A stretch of 63,675 bases of DNA. Origin: Lama glama (lineage: Eukaryota). The stretch is taken from positions 11,470,326 through 11,534,000 of the forward strand of contig CM052829.1 in NCBI GenBank assembly GCA_028534125.1, in the 5' to 3' direction. Positions 11,804 to 24,517 of the stretch are shown here, one piece after another (positions within the stretch are counted from its first letter, which is position 1; each line of letters begins with the position of its first letter). Position numbers and translations under genes: made by a program. The notes under the pieces are model-generated. The model searched no databases. It was not told the DNA's origin and saw only the letters and a list, made by a program, of their open reading frames with translations.

Positions 11804-14800
11804 TTTTTATTTAAAAAAATCATGTTGGAGGGCTGAGATGAGAAAGAAAAGTAGTTAAGTAACATCTGAAACTGAGTTCCTGGAGAACTACAGTTTAGCA
11901 TTCCTCAGGCTACTGTGAAAATACAACCATATAGTCTTTGTCTCCATTTTTATCAAGGTTATCTGTGGTTAAGTTTGGAGAGAAAATACCACATAAAACA
12001 ATGAATTGCCATATTAAGTTTGTTTTTGTTCAACACGCATTCTACTTGCAAGCAAACTGTATTTGTAGTCCTATGAACAGTCTCCTAGTGTATCCAGGGA
12101 CTGCATGTGCAAAGTAAAACTGCTTCATTTGCCACGTAGCTGTTGTAATATTTAATCCAACGGCATAACTTATATCTGTATTTAAGGACTTTTGTGCAAT
12201 ATGGTCTTATAGAAATAATTGCCAAAAAACTGGCTGTGGTTTGCATTTTTAAATATAACCTAAGACAGAAAAAGCCAATTTTTAAATTGTTAACTATGAC
12301 ATTTAACATACTATATACTGTGTTCAGTACACTAATTTTGAAGCCAATATTTCTGTACATGAAAAAAAGAGCTATTTATCTCTGTTTGTTGGAAATCCTA
12401 ACGGGGGATTCCTCTGGTTGTTCACTGCCAAAACTGCGGCATTTTCATTACAGAAGAGTTTGCTATGTAAAAACTATATATATGTAAGAAGAAAAGAGAA
12501 AAAAAGCACAAAACAATTTGAAGATTTCTATCTCAATGACAAATCAGAGTGATATTGTTTTTTAATTGTAATAGAAGAAAACGAACCTATGTATATAATA
12601 GATGTCCAATACTGTAATTAATTTATTAAAGACTGGCTCTCCAGTTCTAAAATGGTTGTGTAAAGTATGTACTTCAGCAAGAAAAAAAATAATAAGCTTG
12701 ATAACTTAGTTTTGGAATATAAAGAAAGGATCTAATAAAGGAATGCCTACATGTAGCATCACAAACATTTTGATGAATAGCACCTGTGCTGTGGCATATT
12801 TTCCTTGAAAGTGAAATCCAATGAAAAGCTAAGTTAGTTTTTAACCAAGAAATGTTTTATAAGGGTTATCTAGAAGGTAATTCTCTACTTCAGACCTTAA
12901 CTGTTTTCACATAGTATCTTAAAAATGACTTATTTAAAAAATGTTAAAACCAAACTATTAATACTCATCCATAACTGAAAGGCAGTGCAGTGCTCAAATC
13001 TCCTAGCTGCCATATTATTTTTTATAAGTACCATTAAATCTTTAAGACAAAAAAAAAATACCTGCCTGATTCTGGCATGTACTTTTGACATTCAAGAAAA
13101 CAGTATCCTACTGTGCGCACACACGCAAAAATGTCAGTGTCATATTTATATCAAGGTGTTACATTTGAATATTAATATCCCCTGGAGGCTATTTTTTTAA
13201 TCGTGAACTTAATAAACATAATATTGAGTAACCTAAAATGAAAGTTTTAAAAATATTTATATCCACTGAGAATACTGGCCTTATATTAAGGATGTTATTA
13301 AAATTGTAGGTTTCCTTTGTCATTTTTTAACTACCTCTCATTTTTTTTAATTTATTAAACTTTTTTTTTTTAAAAAAACAAGTTTGGGTTTTTTTTTTTT
13401 AATTTATGTTACTTGAAAGGCTGGCATCATAGTTTTCTTTTTTCCATAAAACTTAAAACATTTCAAGAATTGTTTTGTAAGTGAATTTATTTTCTAATTT
13501 AAATAGAATTCAGGAGATATGGTTAAAAGGGCTATTATCTATTCCCTATGCAAATATTTTAACTGTTGCAGTGTTTGAGAAAATGGGATTAAAAAAAAAA
13601 GTTTGCAGAGGAGAAAACAAAATGTTCTGTTTACACTGGCGTTGCTGACTATCCTATCATATTCAGCACTTTTAAATACATTATTTATGAAAATGTAGTT
13701 AAAATACAAGATAGAAAATATTTATAATAATCTTTTCTTTTAACAAATGCCTGTTTTTGTCTGAAAGTGTTAGTGTGTTAAGACATACTTAATCCAGGTC
13801 TATTAGATACTTACTATTTGAATAACAGTTTTCACTAATATGTTGAAAAAAGATAGCTATGAAGATGTTTACAAAAAGTCGTATTTTTTTTCCTAATGAG
13901 TGAAGAAAAACCTAAAAGAATCATCACTTCTATTGTGAAGTTTATTGTTCCTAAATTATTTTTCTTGATTAGAATTGAGTTTGTTATGCTACTGTGATGT
14001 ATACAAATATATGTTGTGATATCATACTTGTTGCTGTGTTTGAGGTACAACAAATTGGTGCACATGACTAGAAAATATGTAATATACTATGATACACTGC
14101 ATGCATAAATTTTTTTTAAACGTAGACTTTATATTCTTGTTGTTACTATATATGATGGTGACCTGCTAGTCGTAAGTTATCTTTATAAGATACTTTGGAC
14201 TATTAGATGAATTGTCTGTGTGACAATACCTTTAACATTTTACCAAATGTAAAAGATTAGGACCCTTATAAAGAGTCCTAATTGCTAACCCTGGGCATTT
14301 GAAGAATAGAGACTTTGAAGCTGGTATACACCCTGTTGAAACCTGGTCAGGAAGTTGTGTTGAGAATGACTCCAAAGTAGATTTACACATCAGGTGCTGG
14401 TAATCACGCTGTGTGAGGATTTCTGTGCTAAATTCCTATTTTCTGGGGAGGGGAGGTTTCTCTTTTAATTTCAAAATATCTAAAGTTTCTATCTAAGAGT
14501 ATGTCTGTATCTTTGCAACTCTACCACTTTTTAAAGTATGGTATAATTCCTTCTGTTTTAATGACAGAGCTACAATAAACAAACAAAAAGAGCCCTCAAC
14601 TGGTGTCTATGCTACCATTTCAAGAGCACAATATTTGTTTTGGTAGAGTTTGATTTTTCCTAGTGAGTAAATTCCTCCCTGGGGAAAAAGCAGCACTTTA
14701 GAGGGTACCCTTTGTGTTTTAGATTGCCAAGATACCTTTCCATGCTGTTAGAATCTGCTAATGCACACAGAAAGAGGTTAATGCTCTTTCTATGGTGTCT

Positions 14801-15929
14801 AACTTCAGATGTATCTATAATGGAAATATAAGGATATAGATTATATTAAAAATACATATTATATATATATCAATTGGAGAGCCAGATTTCTTCAGAGATA
14901 GATCTTGAACATAGAGCTCACTAGTAATGAATGATGATGCTTCTTTACTCTAGTTAATTGTTATTAGCACGTTATCTAAAAGAAATACGTATGTCCTGAC
15001 AGTGTTATAGAGCAGCTCAAAGCACAGTAGGTACACTGGCAAAAGAACAATAAAAGCAAAACACAGTTTTGATATTAACATTATGAAGTGCAAAAATCAA
15101 GACCATAAAGTGGTCTTTTTTTTTAATCTTAAAATATGTACATAGGATGACCAGTTCTGATATGTGGTCATGGTGCATGGGTGTTTATTAGTATCCTTTA
15201 ATGCTGCCTATGTTCTTACTTATGGAATGAAATGTGTATCATATATTTACCTGATAGTTCAGTTTTGCAAAAGGATGCTAGAAATAGGTAAATATTTATT
15301 TCTTAGGGGCAAAAATACACTTTCACCCCATTAAAATGCTGATTTAAAAATAACACTTAAATCTTATTTTTTAATTTATCCATTTTATTCTATACCTGTT
15401 TAACTTATACTGAAAAAAGTCATATTCTAATTGCGACAAATTATATTTGCAAAAAATACAATATATCAGATGCTTTGGAAGAAATTTAAAATACAATCAG
15501 AAATAGGAGAATAAGCCACCTAAAATTTCTTAGATCCAAAATGCCTGTAGATAGAACCCTATCAAACATGAGTTTTGAAAACTTTGCACTTCATTGATTG
15601 GTAGATTATTTTAATAAGTGATAAAGATATTTACAGAAAATTCTCTTGCCTGTCTATTTATATTGACAGCTTATGACCCTAGATTTCAAAATATACTTTG
15701 CAAACACTTTTATTTTATTTGCATGCTCTCTTCAGCTTTTTTAAAATTTCTAAACAATATAAAATATTTGTTCTCCTGAAAAAAACAGTATTCAATCTGT
15801 AAAAAGTTTAGTTATTCTTACTTGCTACAACTGCAAATATTTATCAATAAAACTGATACCAAAAACTTGCTTCAGATCTTCCCTGCAACACTCTTAGTAA
15901 TACCCCCTGCAACACACAACAGTGCACAG

Positions 15930-16110
15930 AGTGGTTAAGTATTGTTTCCAAAGACCAGGCCTTAATTATAAACTGGACTTTAAGTTACATTTCTGTCTCA
16001 TGTGACTTTGGGCAAATCGCTTATTCTCTCTGAGCCTGTTTCTTCATCTTCAAATGAGGAATATAATACTTAATTTACAGGATGGTCATGAGAATTAAGT
16101 GAAATAAACA
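15930..16110 (+). mobile_element. MIR relic within the putative RGS17 3' UTR
   Basis: tgtgactttgggcaaatcgcttattctctctgagcctgtttcttcatcttcaaatgagg is the MIR core. Confidence 0.7.
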
Positions 16111-16798
16111 TGGAAAGAATGAAGTGTTACATACAATATTATTATTGCATCAAAATTCTCCAGCTCAGTAATAATTCCCATTTTCAAGAATGTATGTCTC
16201 AATGCCATTTTAATGCACTTTTCCTCTATTTTTTTCAAGTTGTTCTTTAAAAATCTGATTTAATTATTCATCCAAAAAAAATATAGCCACGCTTATTTTA
16301 AGATGGAGGAATATATTAATATGTTATTGCTTCAAATATTCAATAATTTGATTAAAATCAGTGTTTTCAGTTCACCAACATCACACTAAATCTACAAACA
16401 AGAAATATGTCTCTTTCAATGACATTCACACACACACAGAGATGTACAGATGTGCATGTGTGGGTGTGGGTGTGCGCAAACGTGTGTATAATGCTGTAGG
16501 TTTAAATCGAAGTTTAAATAAGAGAAACCATTTGAAAATTTTATTTCCAAAGGAAATAAAACAACATTCCCAAGGATCGGAAGAATATAACTATCAGGTA
16601 ATTTGTCCAATAAATATGTGGCAGTCAGAGCTAAAATTAAGTTAAAAGCAACTGGCCAGGAGAAACATTGATACTGGCATGAAATAGAAAGTATTCTTTT
16701 TAATACTGAAGTAGCATGATCTTTAAAATAGTTTTATCATGAAAATATGAAAATAAAACAAAAGGTGGCTGTGTGTTCGTAACATTTTTCATTACACC

Positions 16799-17283
16799 CT
16801 TTTATTTTAGAATATTTTAGATTTATAGAAAAATTACAAAGACAGTACAGATGGTCCCAAAGGCTGCACATCCATGAGACATTTGTCACAATTCATAAAC
16901 CAATATCAATGCATCATTAAGTCCACACTTCATTCAGAGCTTTCACCTAAGGTCCTTCTTCTGTTCCAGGATTCTATTCCAGGTACCACATCACATTTAG
17001 TCAGCATGTATCCTAGCTGCAACATTTTCTCAAAGTTTTCTTGTTTTTGATGACATTGGAAGTATTGAGGAGTACTGGTCTAGTATTTTGTAAGATGTCC
17101 CTTAACTGGAATTTGTCTGATGTTTTTCCCATGATTAGACAGGTGTTTCTGGTTTCTGGAAGGAAGACTACAAAGTGCCATTCATATATCAAATCAAAAA
17201 TACATATCGTCATCATGACTTACTATTGTTGATGCTGAACTTCATCACCTGGCTGAGGCATGTCTGTTAGGTTTTTCCACTGT
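16799..17283 (-). mobile_element. L1MC-type 3' end fragment
   Basis: ttttagatttatagaaaaattacaaag..gttccaggat..ttgaggagtactggtc..tgtctgatgtttttcccatgattagac..tcacctggctgagg. Confidence 0.7.
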
Positions 17284-18304
17284 TTAAGAGGTTATATTGG
17301 AGGTAAATTTACTAGACATTTACACTGAGATTAAAAAAAAAATTCTGAGCAGACTCCTCAGCACTGCTGTTAGGTTCCATTAAATGAATGTGAACTTAAT
17401 TCTATGAAGAAAACATAATGAACTGGACATTCAAATGGAAAAATAAAACTCCAAAATAGTGTTAGGTTCAGTATTCACTTAATGGAGGTGAAAGTGATTT
17501 TTTTCCCTTGAACTACCTGTATAATTACCTTAATCCTCTGTATCCCTTGGGTAGTGAAGATTTTAGTCTTACTAATGGTCATAAGAGGTAATCTAAATCA
17601 ATGATCATTTGCTGAGTACTTTTTTATATTGTTCAGCCTTCCACTGAACAATGAACACTGAATACTGGGGTAATGTAAAAGGCTTGATTTTTCCCCTTTG
17701 GTTTAACCTATTTGTCATAAATACAGCGTTTCTTGTATATGATTTTAGGATGTTTGCTAAATATTAAAAATAATTTCAATGTGTTTGGTTCTGTAAAATT
17801 TATCATATTGAACGTATGTATTTTTGTTGCTACTATGTTCATTGTACTTAATACTCTATATCCATATTTTGGACTTCACCAATATTTATTAGTGGACCAT
17901 AAAGAAGTTTTGAATGCATGAATAAAACTTGAGACACCATGCTTGGTTATTTTGCAATGCCAGAATAACTGTAGGTACTTATAAACTGAATAGACAATCC
18001 AGATGATTTTCCCTCCAATTCAAGTTGTTTTGGGTTTTTATTCCCCCTTCCTTGAATCTATTTTATTATTTTACCTATGTACAATAACAGAATTCCTGAA
18101 AATGCTAGAATTTTCAACATATAGTAGAATTTGAGCATGACAATAATGTAAGGAAATTCAGAAATCTCAAACTAAGTATATTTCTTTGAGTTTTCAAAGT
18201 AAATCAAACTACAGCTGTTGTCATTTGACTCTATTGTGGAAACCTATGGATATTATTGTAAAATGCACATGCATTACACTGACTTTTTAAAAATGTTTTG
18301 AATT

Positions 18305-18310
18305 AATAAA
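18305..18310 (+). terminator. RGS17: Candidate distal RGS17 polyadenylation signal
   Basis: AATAAA preceded by TGTA and a U-rich tract, and the last canonical hexamer before the short intergenic stretch except one at about 19204. Confidence 0.5.
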
Positions 18311-19639
18311 GAATTCACCAATGTATCCTTAGACAACTTACTGTTTCCTCATTGGTGTAACACTGTAGGAGTATAGGTACACTTATTTATGTCACTTAAA
18401 TTATTTACCCATCTGAGGGAAAATAATTTCTGGCTGGAGTCTCTACATTGTTCTCTCAGGTTATTGCTTATAACATTTTTGCACCTTTTATAAATAATAA
18501 AATATATTCTTAAAATGACTCCTTTTGAGAATTCAGCTGAGAGATTTATGTTGAGTTCAAATGGTTCCCACAGTTCTATGCTTAAAAAAATATTCAAAGT
18601 TGAGAGTAGACTTGGGAAATAACTATTCCTTAAAAAAGACATAAGCAATCTAATCAGTCCTGTTCTATACTCAGATTAGAATTTTTTAAATTGGGTTTTG
18701 GCCAGTATTTTAAAACTATATATATATATAGTAGTATATATAAAGTAGTTTGGCTTTAATACACATTCAAAGTGAAAAGAAGAATTGAGTTAGCTGAAGC
18801 CTCAAAGTAGCAAATCCTATTTCGGCTTTCAATTATTTGAATAATTATCTTATTCTTCTACTTCACTCTGCATTTGTATGTAGAGCAAAGAAATGAAAGA
18901 GGCTCATTTTATCAATCATTTTGATTAGATGACTTAAGGATGGCTTAACCCTGTCCAGGGCTCCCGTATTTTATCGTGTTTTTTTTTTTTTTAATGAGAT
19001 GGAAGCTTTTTCAATATGGCAGTCTTCTGCACAGAGAAAACATCACTTTGTAAACTCCGCTCAAACCAATTAGGTAGTGGGAGTTCCCAGACTGAGCGTT
19101 TAGCCCTTGCATCTCCAGGCTGTCTTGGTTGTATTATGCCTTCATATACATTCCTCTAGTGAGCCATAAAAGGTCTTTTGAAAAATGCAAAAAGCATTAT
19201 ACCAATAAACTTCAGTAGTCCTGGCACTAATCCGCTATCTGAAGTTGTGGGGGGAGGAATGGTGGTTGGGCTACAGGAGGCAGGGCTCTGAAGGCTTTGC
19301 CGGGCTGTGGTTTGTTGGAACACGGAAATGCTCAACCTCTTTAAAACGTAGCAGAGTAACAAGGAGTAAGTGAGAATGGGCAGGAGACTCAGTGTGAAAG
19401 TAAGTCGTTTATAAACAGATAAAGGACATGAAAGCAGATTTTGCTAAATCACTTTGTGGTTGCCTTAGAAGCCACCTGCCACGTCTTCGTTAATACGAGC
19501 TTTAACCACTGTCGAAAAGAGAAATAGGAGCAGGAAAAACGGAAGAGGAGTAAACACATGCACACACTGATGACTATCCCACAATTCTCTCCTGGAGACG
19601 ACAGTCCAGGCTGGCACGGGAAAGGACAACCATGCTGTG

Positions 19640-20079
19640 GCCTCGGCCCCCGAAGCGGACACTACACTGCCCTCCAATGCGGTACTTGAAATCCTGAGTG
19701 CTTCGCACACAAACCCGCGACGTCAGAAAACGTGATGACGACCTATTCCCTTCCTCCTTCGGCCCAACACTCCACCCCGGCTCATTCAAGTAGGCGTTTC
19801 TTACCTTGCGTTTAGAGGAGGTGTCCAAGGTCTCCCGGATGCGCCCCTATCGCTTTCCGCTCTGCCTCCTCAACTTCCGGCTTCCGCTAGTAAAGCGGCA
19901 TTTAATAATGCTTGGCCGGAAGTTCCCAGCCAGACTTCCGGGAGGCCCTGTTAGAGCTGCGCGTGCGGTGGGCGGGGCTCGGCTAGGTCCCGCCCCTCTT
20001 TGCGAACTGCACGGTGTCGCGGGACTTGCTCTGTCCAGAACTTACGGCTCGCTTCGGCCTTGGCGGTCCGAGTTCAGCG
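19640..20079 (+). promoter_or_regulatory. MTRF1L: MTRF1L CpG-island, TATA-less promoter and 5' UTR
   Basis: CpG-rich. ETS/GABP motifs ACTTCCGG 19873, CCGGAAGT 19916 and ACTTCCGG 19934, NRF1-like TGCGCGTGCG 19958, GC boxes near 19970 and 19989, CRE-like CGACGTCA 19718. Confidence 0.85.
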
Positions 20080-20338
20080 ATGCGGTCCCGGCTTTTGCTG
20101 AGTGCTGCTCGGGGCTTTTGGGCCCTCCGGGCTGCTGGTCCAGCCCGGCGACACGTAAGCTGCGGTAGCCTGCCGGTGGAGGAGCTGTTCGCCCGCGGCG
20201 GGCCCCTGCGGACCTTTCTCGAGCGCCAGGTAGGGTCTGAAGCCCAGTTGCGGGTCAGAGGGACTGAGCTGGTGGCGGTGGCCAAACTTCTGAGCGAGAA
20301 GGAGCAGGAGCTGCAGGAGACCGAGCACTTGCTGCATG
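20080..20338 (+). CDS. MTRF1L: MTRF1L exon 1 (mitochondrial targeting peptide)
   Basis: ATG 20080, [25 protein letters not shown].. is an Arg-rich, acid-free presequence. 259 bp, donor G|GTAAGG. Confidence 0.95.
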
Positions 20339-20659
20339 GTAAGGGCCAGGCCCAGGAGAACGGGATTCAGAGCGGATTCTTGACTGTTCGCTTGACATTT
20401 CCACTAAGCCGCTGGTCAGGTGTCCAGAGTCTCTCCGAGTTTGAAGTCCACCCAGCTGTAGGCCTTTTTGATTTGCATCAGAGGCCAGGGCATCCTTATG
20501 TGGGTCCTGATCCCATCCTCTCGTTGTGCTCCCGTGACACAGCCGTCTGCATCCTTTTACAAAACTTAAGTTGACTTTTATCGGTTGCGTATTTAATAGC
20601 AGGAGATCATTAGCTAACCCGGAACAAATAAGGCACTATTCCTATTATGGGTTCAAGAG

Positions 20660-20890
20660 CAGTGTTTCTCTAAGCGTGGTAAGGGAACCAGCAGCAAAAG
20701 TGACAGGAAAGGGGCTGCTAAGGAGACCCAGACTCAGAAAATGAGACCTAGAAATATGCATTTTTTACAAGTTTCACAGATGATTAGTGTCCATTTGAGT
20801 CTGCGTGGGGCCCATGTTTCTGCATTTCTGCAAGCTTCTGGGGACGCCTAGCTGCAGGTGTGTGGACAACAGATTGGGTAGCAACATTCT
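20660..20890. mobile_element. MER5A-like relics in MTRF1L intron 1
   Basis: cagtgtttctctaagcgtgg..atgcattttttacaag and ggggccc..ctgcatttct..gcttctgggga. Confidence 0.5.
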
Positions 20891-21920
20891 AGAGAGAGCT
20901 ACAATCTACTGGGGCAAGAAAATTAATTATAATACAGCTGAAAGTGAGAACATATATGAATAAAGACTTAGGAAAGCAAGGAGAACTTGTTGAAAAGCCT
21001 GTACAGGGATAAAGGCCCACCGTTAGATGATACAGTAATAGTTTAACCCTTATTGATCCTTTACCACACTCCAGGCTTTGTTTAGCTTTCTTTATTCACT
21101 CACTCAGTTCACATAATAAACTATGTGGTAGGTTCTATTAGCCTCATGCAGCAGAAGAGGAACCCGAGGCATAAAAGTAAAGTAACTCAGCTCGGGTTGT
21201 ACAACTTGTAAGGAATGGACCTTGGATTGGACTGACTCTACATCCCAAGCTCTTAATCACTGAACTCTGTGTTAACCTAGGAAGAATTATGGGGAGTTGG
21301 AGGTTGGAACCATTTTGAAAGGGGCTCAAATACTAATCTAAAAAGTTTGATTTTATCCTGCTGGCAGAAGGAGCCAGCAGAAGCTTTTAGATTGGAGAGT
21401 GAATGATGGAGATAGCCTTGTTGCTTAGGAACCTTGATTTGTCGCAGTTTAGAATCATCCTGGAATAAGACTGAAGATGCCATGGAAAACAGAAGGCTAA
21501 TGCAGTCATTTAGGTAAGAGTTAAGGAGAGTCTGAATTAAGTCATTTAGAAGAAAAGGAAAATGCCCAGACAGTTGTAAAAAATTAGAAAAAAATATATT
21601 TTGGGGAAAAATTAAATTGATTTCATACTTTAAGCCAAGCTTAAAGTCCAAGTGGATTTAAGGGTTAAATATTTTAAAAATCAAATTATAGAGAAGTAAA
21701 CAATGTTAGAAAATTGTTGCTGGCAGAATGTATCTTAGCTTAAAAACAACAGAAAATGTAATTTGGCAAATCTTGACTTACTATGTGTCAGACACCACTA
21801 AAATTACCCCCCAAGTTGTTATTTTTCCTTCAGTTATAATAACAAAATTATTACCTTGAATTTTGTTAGCAATTTAACACTAATTAAGGAAAACTTAAGT
21901 TGCTACCTTTTTTTTCTTAG

Positions 21921-22000
21921 ATGAAAATGAAGACTTAAGGAAACTTGCAGAGAATGAAATAACTTCGTGTCAAAAAGAAATAGCTCAGTTGAAGCATCAG
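21921..22000 (+). CDS. MTRF1L: MTRF1L exon 2
   Basis: cttAG / GTATAG, 80 bp, (D)[26 protein letters not shown]. Confidence 0.95.
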
Positions 22001-22799
22001 GTATAGTATTTGTGCAAAGCATAAAGCATTCGTACTGTTACTTCTAGTAAAAATGGATTTTACTGGAAGTTTATAAAAGCAAGTCAAGAATTCAGCAGCT
22101 TGCTAGTATTTATAATTATAAACTGGTTTCTAAAGCAGGAAAAAGCATACTGCCTGTGGTCCTGTTTTTTTACGTACTAAAAGGACTATAGAACTCTGAA
22201 AGAAAGATGAATGTCATATTAATAGGATTTGCCAGAAAGGCAGCAGGAACATTTCTTGATCTTTGTGCCTCTGACACTATTTGAGTGCCAGCCTAGCATG
22301 GGCCCTCAGGATTTTTAAAATGGAATTGCATTGATTCAGTGTCATACCTAGGAGAGCTGCAGAACACACGGAGTTAGATGAAGAATAGTGAAATTAGATC
22401 CACTCTTTAATTCTGTAAAGCAGAGCTGTTATCTCTGGAGACAGAAGTAAGAACATGGTACGGTGAGGAAGGAGCCTGGAAAGTGGGTGCTCAGTTTAGA
22501 GATTCTGTCTCTCAATCAAAGTGCGGAACTTACCAAAAATCAGTGTCCCCACCACCCACTCTAGGAGAATAGTTCCACAATAGAGTGAAAATTCACGTGT
22601 CTTCTACCCATTTTCTAATTTTTTTTTGTGAAGTCGAAGGACATATATATTAACGATTTCTGCTCACTGGCTAGTAATTAACAAACAGATGTAAATTCTC
22701 TCATTTGCTAGTTCAAGATCTGAATGGTCACATACTGTTGGCACAGGCTAGAGAGATGGAAAAGTAAGAAAACAAGTATTACTGTTGACCAACACAGAG

Positions 22800-23020
22800 T
22801 GTGGTATTTCAAAACTCAGGTAGACTTGGGTTCAAATTCCAGCTCTTTCATTTTCTAGTTGTATGATACTGGGCAACTTCAGTACTCAACCAAACTAAAC
22901 TTAGTTTTCACAGCCTAAGGTGGAGCTGTTAGTAGTAGCTGCCCAAGATAGTTTAAGAATTGAAGTACATAAAGTGCTTAGCAGAGTGCCTGGCAATATT
23001 AAAGAACCAATAAATGTTGG
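22800..23020 (+). mobile_element. MIR relic
   Basis: agacttgggttcaaattccagctct..aaagtgcttagcagagtgcctggca..aataaatgttggc. Confidence 0.7.
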
Positions 23021-23664
23021 CAGCTTTTTTTACTTAATTTCCCTCGTCTAAGAAGTCTTTCTTCTGTATCTCCTTAATTAGCACATACTGAAGCATGAAG
23101 CATACTGCTGTAATGGGAGGAAGACTGATGTAGGCACAAGGATCTGAGTTCTTGTGCCTGTTCTGCCAGTAACTAAGGTTTGGCTCTTTAACAAGTCATT
23201 TAACTTCTGGCAACTCATTTTCTTTTACATGTAAAATGAGAGAATTGGACCAGGTCATCTGTCAGGCCATCTTCAGTTCCAAAGTTGCAAGTTTGTCTTT
23301 CATATTATAGAAGCTTCAAAAAAATACAAATGCAATTTGAGTGTTTTTTTTTTTCTCACCATACTAGGCTATCCATTTCCAAGGGACACAGCTAGAATCT
23401 TCTTTTGCATTCTGCACACAATATAATGCCCTACTCACAGCAAGCACTTAATTATTAACTGAATAGGGAACTGATACAAAGTATACATGAAGACCAAAAA
23501 GAAATGAAAACAAACCTGTAAGTTTTAGTTGAACCTTACAGCATTTTTAATATAGTTATAACAGTCATATATTTTGGAAGTTATGCATTATACAGTTCTA
23601 ACTGGCAATATGGTTTAAGTTTTAAATCTTAATTATAGGACAGGTGATATTTTTCTATTTGCAG

Positions 23665-23848
23665 ATTATCTTACTTTTGGCTCCCTCAGAAGAAACAGAT
23701 GAAAGTGACTTGATCCTGGAGGTAACTGCTGGAGTTGGGGGTCAGGAGGCAATGTTGTTTACTTCAGAGATATTTGATATGTATCAGCAATATGCCACAT
23801 TTAAAAGATGGCATTTTGAAACCCTGGAATATTTCCCAAGTGAAACAG
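23665..23848 (+). CDS. MTRF1L: MTRF1L exon 3
   Basis: gcAG / GTCAGT, 184 bp, [61 protein letters not shown] (release-factor PCRF region). Confidence 0.97.
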
Positions 23849-24353
23849 GTCAGTAAACTGTTCGATTTTCTGTTTCAAGAAACGTATAGATTTAATTTAT
23901 CTGTATATCCTAGGAAAAGGATTGGAAAGACCATGACAAGGCTTTATAATATATTTGTAAGGATGCTTAAGTAGTTTTATGCTTATTTACTTAATAATTA
24001 TTTTGAATGCAAATATACCAATTTTCAAATGACCTATAAAATGTTAGTCGTTTAGTACTAACCTTTGAATGACTAATGGTCTTTTAAAAGTAAGGTTTTA
24101 GAAGTGTTATTGAATCACTTTTAACAAAAATGCTTTACATGTAATAATTATAAGCAATAAAGATATTAATATATCAAGTCTTAAAACACTGAATATCATA
24201 GATGTGCTAAAGATTTTCAATATGTTTTATAATCGATATGCTTATTATTTTGAAGCTCTTTTAAATGTATTTCAAGATGGTAGAAGTGATAGTCAGTTGT
24301 TTATAAATGGCAGGTATAATAAAATGTTTCAAGGTGTTCCCAATGTTTTCAAG

Positions 24354-24517
24354 GTGGCCTTAGACATGCGTCTGCCAGCATTGGAGGCTCAGAAGCCTAT
24401 AAGCACATGAAATTTGAAGGAGGTGTGCACAGAGTACAGAGAGTGCCCAAGACAGAGAAGCAAGGCCGCATCCACACAAGCACCATGACCGTGGCAATCT
24501 TACCCCAACCCACAGAG
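24354..24517 (+). CDS. MTRF1L: MTRF1L exon 4 (PKT stop-codon recognition motif)
   Basis: tcaAG / GTGAGG, 164 bp, (G)[54 protein letters not shown] with the RF1-type PxT motif. Confidence 0.97.

Larger units (their letters stand above)
11804..18330 (+). other. RGS17: Putative long RGS17 3' UTR
   Basis: AU-rich, repeat-poor sequence after the stop codon, with candidate poly(A) signals ATTAAA 12625, AATAAA 17921 and AATAAA 18305. The 3' end is inferred. Confidence 0.6.

Noticed and set aside
20014-20079. GTG-initiated N-terminal extension of MTRF1L
   Set aside because: Near-cognate start close to or upstream of the likely TSS. The ATG at 20080 already gives the expected 380-aa protein with a presequence.
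23734-23745. GGQ in exon 3 (AGVGGQEA) as a second catalytic motif
   Set aside because: It corresponds to the GxGGxEA helix-5 tip of RF1-type factors. The catalytic GGQ is in exon 5.
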